Origin: Promethearchaeota archaeon
Lineage (GTDB): Archaea > Asgardarchaeota > Lokiarchaeia > Sigyniarchaeales > SOKP01
NCBI GenBank assembly: GCA_048937405.1
Contig: JBHLNF010000008.1
Coordinates: forward strand, 32,001 to 96,000
Direction of reading: 5' to 3'
DNA: 64,000 nt
Shown here: piece after piece, positions 58,115-64,000 of the stretch
Numbering within the stretch: the first letter of the stretch is position 1
Layout: each line of letters starts with the position of its first letter
Notes under the pieces: model-generated
Told to the model about the DNA's origin: nothing
The model's database searches: none
The model's input: the letters and a program-made list of their open reading frames with translations, nothing else
Translations under genes and position numbers: made by a program

Positions 58115-59200
58115 TTGATTATATGCCAGAATTGCGGGACTACTAATAATGAGCTTAATACTCGTATTTGCAGGAATTGTGGTTCATTATTACCAATACC
58201 TTCTAAATCTAGTAGGGAAAGAGGAAAAAAAATAATTCTAGAAAAGAAAAAAAAGAAAAAGGAATCAAAAAAAGTTATAAAAGAAACTATAAATTCAGCA
58301 GAAAAATCAAAGGAAGATTTAATACTAGAAGAAATACCAAAAGAAATTGATAGTAATGAAAATCTAGGTGAAATGCATGAGATTCCTACAACATCGAAAG
58401 AAAAATTTATAGTACCAACTCATAAAGAAAAAGAACCTTCAGTTTTACAAGAAATTCCCGCACAGCCTTTTAAAGGTTCAATAATCAATTCCCAAGGTGG
58501 TATAACTAAACCTAAACCTATACCTAAACCTTTACCTATCCCCCCTTCTCGTTCTGAGGATGCAATCACAGATGCTTTCACAGAACTTAAAAGTTCTATT
58601 TTAGAAGAGCAAAATAAAGAACAAGAAATTTCTTTGTCTCCAATTCCTTCAGAGAATACTAAAATTGAAGAATCAATATTAAAACAAAAACAATTAGAAA
58701 AAGATATGACTGACGTTTTAAGTTTTCTTTCCAAAAAAATATCAGTTAAGAAATTAGATATTCCTAAAGCTAAGAAAGAAGAAAAAGAGGAATTAAAGGA
58801 GGAAATTCCACCATCTAGTATGAATGAAATTTTGAATAGATTATTAACTTTAGATTTAAACATTGAAGCATCGGCTATTATAAAATCGGATGGAACAATA
58901 TTAGCCTCAGCAACATCAAATAGAATCTCTGATTCTTTATTTGCAACAATAGGAGTGAACTTATCAATGATAGGAGCAGATATTACAGAAGGATTAAGTG
59001 CAGGTACTTTAAAAGCAATATCCTTAAAAGCAACTGAGGGTGTGTTAGATCTTGCACCCATTGATAAGTCAAATCCAAGTGTTAAGGATATGATTTTAAT
59101 TTTGTTTTCTCATTCTAAAGTAAAAAGTGGAATAATTTCATTTGCCATAAGCATTGTTAAAAAACAGATAAAAGAATATTTAGGTTTAAAAAAAGCATAA
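58115..59200 (+). CDS. Zn-ribbon + long disordered linker + roadblock/LC7 domain protein
   Basis: CQNCG...CRNCG; K/E/P-rich linker; IEASAIIKSDGTILAS...L.AG.L...G. Confidence 0.82.
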   Translation: MIICQNCGTTNNELNTRICRNCGSLLPIPSKSSRERGKKIILEKKKKKKESKKVIKETINSAEKSKEDLILEEIPKEIDSNENLGEMHEIPTTSKEKFIVPTHKEKEPSVLQEIPAQPFKGSIINSQGGITKPKPIPKPLPIPPSRSEDAITDAFTELKSSILEEQNKEQEISLSPIPSENTKIEESILKQKQLEKDMTDVLSFLSKKISVKKLDIPKAKKEEKEELKEEIPPSSMNEILNRLLTLDLNIEASAIIKSDGTILASATSNRISDSLFATIGVNLSMIGADITEGLSAGTLKAISLKATEGVLDLAPIDKSNPSVKDMILILFSHSKVKSGIISFAISIVKKQIKEYLGLKKA

Positions 59201-59235
59201 AATAAAAGTCAACCACAACTTAACTAAAATATAAT

Positions 59236-60030
59236 TCAAATCAGCCTTTTTTGTATATTAATTTTATTAATTTTAATTGTATAAAAATAAGATATATTAT
59301 TTTGTAATTCTTGCAAAAATGAATTCATTTCATAAATTGAAACGAGAGGAATTTGGTTTTCATTAATTCTGAAACTATTATTTTCTAGAGTTAACATTAA
59401 TGGAATTAAAATAAATGGCAATTGTCTTCTCAAATTGATTCTATTCCCTAGCAATGCTTGAACTAACTTTGAGAAGATTTCAGGATTTTTTTTTAGTGCT
59501 ATGACTCGGCGTAGTTGTAAATTAGCAGCTTTGTTTATCAAACTAAATGAATCCTTACGTTTCCATTGTTTAGCATCGATTAATAAAACAAATTTTGAAT
59601 AGATACCAATAACATCAATTTCATAACGCTTTTGGGAAGTTTTCAATTTAAAATTTGATTTATCAGAAAATCTAAAATTCTTTTTAGTAATATAACTATT
59701 TCTTGAAAGAATTTGTTCCACTAAGATTTCAAATCCATTATAATTTAATATTTCAGTAATTTGTTTTATATCAAATTCTAAAATTTTGATGCTCTCAATA
59801 ATAAATAAGATTTTATTGACAACGATGTATTCTTGATAATTTCCTTTCTGAATAGATATGAAATCAAAATTCCCTATAAACGCTGTTAACTCATAATAAT
59901 TGAAATGATTAAAGAAAGGAATTTCTGATTGTGTACACCAGATATCAATAACATTTATATCAGTATTTTGCAAAATATGAAATATTTCTATATAGAATTG
60001 CTTTAATGATAAAAGAGAAAAACATTTCAT
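59236..60030 (-). CDS. PD-(D/E)xK nuclease-fold protein (NERD/Mrr-like)
   Basis: FE.LV..IL....Y, YEIDVIG....VLLIDAKQW. Confidence 0.7.
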   Translation of the reverse strand: MKCFSLLSLKQFYIEIFHILQNTDINVIDIWCTQSEIPFFNHFNYYELTAFIGNFDFISIQKGNYQEYIVVNKILFIIESIKILEFDIKQITEILNYNGFEILVEQILSRNSYITKKNFRFSDKSNFKLKTSQKRYEIDVIGIYSKFVLLIDAKQWKRKDSFSLINKAANLQLRRVIALKKNPEIFSKLVQALLGNRINLRRQLPFILIPLMLTLENNSFRINENQIPLVSIYEMNSFLQELQNNISYFYTIKINKINIQKRLI

Positions 60031-60322
60031 TATTTTAATTATAATATTATCATAAAATAAAAGAAAGAGGGTGATGTAATTCTGAAAAAACTTTTAAATT
60101 AGATATTTATCTAAAATAATTTTGAAAATGTACCATACTTTACTTTTAGAAACATCAATATTTTAAAAGATTCTTTTTTTTAGTTATGTGTTTAATATCT
60201 TTTTTTTAGGATAATTAGAGTTTCAATTTAATGACAGAATAATAATGTTATTTATTATCTCGGGGAATTTATTAATAAAAGTATTATTAATTGTATTAAA
60301 AATATTTTAACTGACTATAAAT

Positions 60323-62131
60323 ATGGATTTATTACCCAAAGTATTTAGAACTGAAGGAAATATAGCTGAATTTGATCCAAACAAAATTTTTGAAAGTATT
60401 ATAAAAGAGACTAACATAAATGATGCAGATGCAAAAAATATAACAGAATCAGTAGTAAGGAGAATAATTAGTTCGGGCATTAAATTTCTTTCCGGACCGC
60501 ATATAAGAGAAATAGTTTGTTCAATCCTTTCAGAACAACATTTTGAAGAAGAACGTAAATTGTACACTAGGATAGGAATGCCTTTAATGGATTATGAAGC
60601 ATTACTTGAGAAAAAATCAGGAATAAGACTAAATAAGTGGATTAATCCAGAAAAAATTAATCATTGGTCTGCAAACCAAATAGCTGAAGAGTATACTCAC
60701 TTAAGAATTCTTAGTAATGAAGAATCTAAAGCTCATTTGTATGGTGATATTCATATTAATGGACTAAGTTATTTTGATCTTAGACCATTCACTCAAATAT
60801 GGGATCCTCGATTAATTTTATATGGTGGATTTCCTCCCATTGACAATCTTAATGGCTTTATTAAACAAGAACCACCAAAAAAACTCAGTTCAATCCTTTC
60901 TCAACTATTCAAATGGCTTGAAACTGTTATGAATGAATTTTATGGAAATCAAGATCTCAATCTAATTTCTCTTTTTTTAGCTCCATATGTAACTAGCATA
61001 TCTGAAGAAAAAATAAAGAAAGAAATTCGAAAATTTATCTATGGGATAAATTTATTGCCAATTATTAAAGGACGTGAAATTTTATCAACAAGAATTACTT
61101 CCAGTGCTTCGATCCCTGAAAGCTTTTCAAAACTTATTGCTCTAAATCCCAATGAAAGCATAAATCGTAATTATTCAGATTACAATAGCGATTGTTTAAA
61201 TATTCTTAAGGCATTTATTTTTGTTTTTAAGGAAATTAGTAAAAATCGTATTAATTTTCCATCTCTTAACTTTCAAATCTTACTAGATGATAACTCTATT
61301 GATAATCTAGAACGAAATTATAGTGAATTCTGGGATGATATTAAAACGTATAAAGGTAGCACTTCAATCGATTTTTGTTTTAATTCGTCTATTAATAGAG
61401 ATATTAAAAAATTAGCTCAGAATGATATATATAACGTTGGTATACTTCAGAATATAAGTCTAAATCTACCTAGATATGCCTATATTAGTCAAGATGAAAC
61501 AAAATTTTTTGAATTATTACGTGAGAAAGTAATGCTAAGTTCTGAGGTTTTATTAAAAAAATTTCATATGATTGAAAAAAGATTAAAATTAAAACATTTA
61601 CCTTGTTGTTGTGGCATTATTGATAAAAAGCCATTGTTTAGGTTGGAAAATCAAGACCTTTCATTTAGTTTAGTTGGGTTGAACGAGTCTATCAAAATCT
61701 TAACAAATTATGAACTTCATGAACATATAGATGCAATTAACTTTGGTTTAAGGATATTAAATGAATTGAATAATCTATGTATAGAACTAACTGAAGCAGT
61801 TGGAAAAAATTATGCAATAAGTGAGAATAGTTCATTAAAAGCTATAAATAGATTTACTAGATTAGATCGAAAACATTTTTCAAGTTTATTAAAATATTTA
61901 ACGGAAGATTTAACTTATCAATATTCAAATTCAATTCACTTTCGGAAAGACATTGAGGTTGAATTATTCAAACGTGTGGAGGTTCAAGGCAATTTCCATC
62001 GTTTCATTAAAAATGGAGCAATTGAAAATATTTCATTGTATGATCTTGAATTAAATGCTTTATCTATTCATGAATTCATCAATATAATTAGTAAAAAATC
62101 AAGAATTTCAAGCATAAATTTTTCTTCTTAA
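60323..62131 (+). CDS. ATP-cone + class III ribonucleotide reductase (NrdD)-like protein, predicted inactive
   Basis: ATP cone (V.RTEG...FDP.KI...IREIV), YTRIGMP, AHL.GDIHI, G.LQ.ISLNLPR.A, LVGLNE, YSNS.H; lacks catalytic Cys, Zn ribbon and RxxGY. Confidence 0.8.
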   Translation: MDLLPKVFRTEGNIAEFDPNKIFESIIKETNINDADAKNITESVVRRIISSGIKFLSGPHIREIVCSILSEQHFEEERKLYTRIGMPLMDYEALLEKKSGIRLNKWINPEKINHWSANQIAEEYTHLRILSNEESKAHLYGDIHINGLSYFDLRPFTQIWDPRLILYGGFPPIDNLNGFIKQEPPKKLSSILSQLFKWLETVMNEFYGNQDLNLISLFLAPYVTSISEEKIKKEIRKFIYGINLLPIIKGREILSTRITSSASIPESFSKLIALNPNESINRNYSDYNSDCLNILKAFIFVFKEISKNRINFPSLNFQILLDDNSIDNLERNYSEFWDDIKTYKGSTSIDFCFNSSINRDIKKLAQNDIYNVGILQNISLNLPRYAYISQDETKFFELLREKVMLSSEVLLKKFHMIEKRLKLKHLPCCCGIIDKKPLFRLENQDLSFSLVGLNESIKILTNYELHEHIDAINFGLRILNELNNLCIELTEAVGKNYAISENSSLKAINRFTRLDRKHFSSLLKYLTEDLTYQYSNSIHFRKDIEVELFKRVEVQGNFHRFIKNGAIENISLYDLELNALSIHEFINIISKKSRISSINFSS

Positions 62132-62291
62132 AAGGATCGGATATTTCTGATTTTTGGTAAAAAAAGTATTTAATAAGAATAATTATTTTGATTATATTGA
62201 AGTATTATTATGATATTAATATATATTAAAATAAATGATAATTTATACTTTGGATAGTTTAAGATCTTTCTGATAAATTAATGGGGATTGT

Positions 62292-63755
62292 TTGACAAAA
62301 TCAAAAGATAAACAAAATCAAGAAAAATTGCCTGAGGAAAAAACCACAGGGCCTAAATCAGATATTATTAAGGTTATTGTTTTAAGTATTTTTGATGAGA
62401 ATGGTCCTACTCCAAGAATATATTGGCCTCAGGATTTAGAAGATCAAGCAGGACTATTGATTGCTATGAAAACCATTAGTTTATTAATGGGTGATGCTAC
62501 ATATCAAGATGGGACGGATGTTGAAGGAATCAATTATTTTGGAATATTACCTTTTCCAGATTTAAAATTAAATGGTTTAACTTATTTTTTCTTAATTCCC
62601 GATGATACTGCTCGCGGAAAAGCCTTAGCGGCAACAATAACTATTTTAATTAATGAAGAAAATAAAGTGTTTTTCTATGAAAACATGAAATATCTTAGAA
62701 TTATAATGGATAAAGCTGCTACTCAAATTCAGAACAATCAGCAATTTAGTGAAAGAGAAATCATTATGGAAAAATTCCGAGAGGAAATCTTTGAATTTGC
62801 CAGTGAAGTAAAAGATCCTTATTCTACTAAAAGACACATTAAAGTTCTTCTTGCAGGATTAGATAAAGCGGGTAAGACAAGTTTTATGTATGGGATTAGG
62901 AGGAAATATTCCGAAATTATTAAATCTATGCCAACAAAAGGCGTTGAAAGATCTGAAGAAAATATCTTTGAAGAACAGAATACTGCTATTACGATTTGGG
63001 ATTTAGGTGGACAAAAACAATATCGGGAAAGATATCTTGAACAAAGCAAAATGTATTTGTATAATATTGATCTTATGTTCTTCTTTATCGATATTCAAGA
63101 TGTGGAAAGAATAGATGAAGCATTAAACTTATTCAAAAAGATTTTAAAAACAATAATAGAATTAGATGAATTCCCTCCTATTGTTGTTTGCTTAAATAAA
63201 TTTGACCCAGACCTTAAGGGTTCAAAAGAAATTTTTAAAAATTTAGAAATAATTGCTGATGCAATTAAAGAAAATTCAGACAAATTCTTTATTAAAATTT
63301 TTCAGACTAGTATTTTTGATCACTGGAGTCTAATTTCAGCCTATTCTTTTGGATTGTCTCAATTAAGTCCCAATCGAGAATTATTCAGAAATCAATTGAA
63401 AAAATTTGCAAAAAAAACAAATTCAGATGCTATATTACTATTAAATGAAAATGGGATTATTTTATCAAATTATTCTAAATCGGAAATTTCTGGAAAAGTA
63501 TTCGAAGTGAGTGCCCCTCACTTTCAATCACTTTACAAGAATTTTAAAGAATTTAAATTGTTAGAACAAGATTTTATCGTTTCATCTGGGATTTCTGATA
63601 AGTCTAAAAAAGTAATCTTTAAAAGAATAACCGTTGAAAAATATAATTTGTATTTACTTTTATTCTTAGAAAAATCACTTGAAATTGATAAAATAGAAAA
63701 AAATTTACCTGATTTTTCAAAAAACTTGATTGATTTAATCCATACTTATATTTAG
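62292..63755 (+). CDS. uDENN/longin-like (FLCN/SMCR8-type Arg loop) + Rag/Arf-like GTPase + roadblock-like fusion
   Basis: IFDENGP...ILPFP...FFLIPDDTARGK; GLDKAGKT, PTKG, WDLGGQ, NKFD, TSIFDH..L..A.S.....LSPN. Confidence 0.85.
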   Translation: MTKSKDKQNQEKLPEEKTTGPKSDIIKVIVLSIFDENGPTPRIYWPQDLEDQAGLLIAMKTISLLMGDATYQDGTDVEGINYFGILPFPDLKLNGLTYFFLIPDDTARGKALAATITILINEENKVFFYENMKYLRIIMDKAATQIQNNQQFSEREIIMEKFREEIFEFASEVKDPYSTKRHIKVLLAGLDKAGKTSFMYGIRRKYSEIIKSMPTKGVERSEENIFEEQNTAITIWDLGGQKQYRERYLEQSKMYLYNIDLMFFFIDIQDVERIDEALNLFKKILKTIIELDEFPPIVVCLNKFDPDLKGSKEIFKNLEIIADAIKENSDKFFIKIFQTSIFDHWSLISAYSFGLSQLSPNRELFRNQLKKFAKKTNSDAILLLNENGIILSNYSKSEISGKVFEVSAPHFQSLYKNFKEFKLLEQDFIVSSGISDKSKKVIFKRITVEKYNLYLLLFLEKSLEIDKIEKNLPDFSKNLIDLIHTYI

Positions 63756-63778
63756 ATTAAAAAAAAATATAAAATAGG

Positions 63779-64000
63779 TTAATAAGAAAAAATCTTTTTT
63801 TTACTTCCCTTTCTTAATGACAAGATAATTGCTAGCAAAATTACACTTGATCCTATAACTATAAAAATTACTACAAATATAGGAATTGGAGGGGAACTTG
63901 TAAGATCTGTTTCTAAGACCGTTATTTCAATAGAATATTGCCAGTCATAAGCATGGTGATCTGCGCATATGGGGGAAGGATTAATTGGAAACTCAGAAGT
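63779..64000 (-). CDS. C-terminal part of a membrane-anchored (surface) protein; begins beyond the window (not in ORF track)
   Basis: Manual translation ...YSIEITVLETDLTSSPPIPIFVVIFIVIGSSVILLAIILSLRKGSKKKIFSY*: linker, TM helix, basic tail. Confidence 0.7.
   Translation of the reverse strand, partial: TSEFPINPSPICADHHAYDWQYSIEITVLETDLTSSPPIPIFVVIFIVIGSSVILLAIILSLRKGSKKKIFSY

Noticed and set aside
58420-59061. 213-aa minus-strand ORF
   Set aside because: Fully antisense to the roadblock gene; S/F/I-rich composition typical of reverse-frame shadows
59236-60030. Restriction-modification or defence island
   Set aside because: Lone PD-(D/E)xK protein with no methylase or other defence genes; the TIGR00725 SLOG protein nearby is a common housekeeping-type family
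3719-63283. Remaining short ORFs nested antisense or off-frame inside long genes (e.g. 22340, 26773, 41305, 46231, 60307)
   Set aside because: No motifs; explained by codon bias of the real gene on the other strand
1-64000. tRNA, rRNA, transposase or integrase genes
   Set aside because: No GC-rich structured segments or recombinase motifs recognised; a covariance-model scan would be needed to exclude small RNAs

Overview
This AT-rich 64 kb window looks like an Asgard archaeal (Lokiarchaeia-like) chromosome segment. The assignment is inferred from TFB paralogs, UPF0147, an archaeosortase with Loki-CTERM-like targets, and many Ras-superfamily GTPase, roadblock and V4R proteins. It holds about 50 CDS, mostly metabolism and transport: AOR, AbfD, PEP synthase, tdh/kbl, acyl-CoA ligase, MtrH-like, MFS/ABC transporters and Nfo. 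I saw no rRNA, tRNA, CRISPR array or transposase. Three signals stand out. (1) A GTPase-signalling neighbourhood (36.6-63.8 kb) has six small GTPases. Four share an N-terminal uDENN/longin-like domain, and three of those keep a D-x-x-x-R-G loop resembling the catalytic arginine finger of the eukaryotic GAPs folliculin and SMCR8. These are candidate GTPases fused to their own GAP, including a longin + Rag-like GTPase + roadblock protein and a finger-less twin. (2) Two tandem P2-scaffold P-type ATPases have the same rewritten transport site (M4 PEGL->PINL, M6 Asp->His), implying a non-Ca2+ substrate. (3) An intact-ORF but apparently catalytically dead class III ribonucleotide reductase homolog keeps its ATP cone and lies directly upstream of the longin-Rag fusion. 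All family assignments come from motif recognition by eye; no searches were run.
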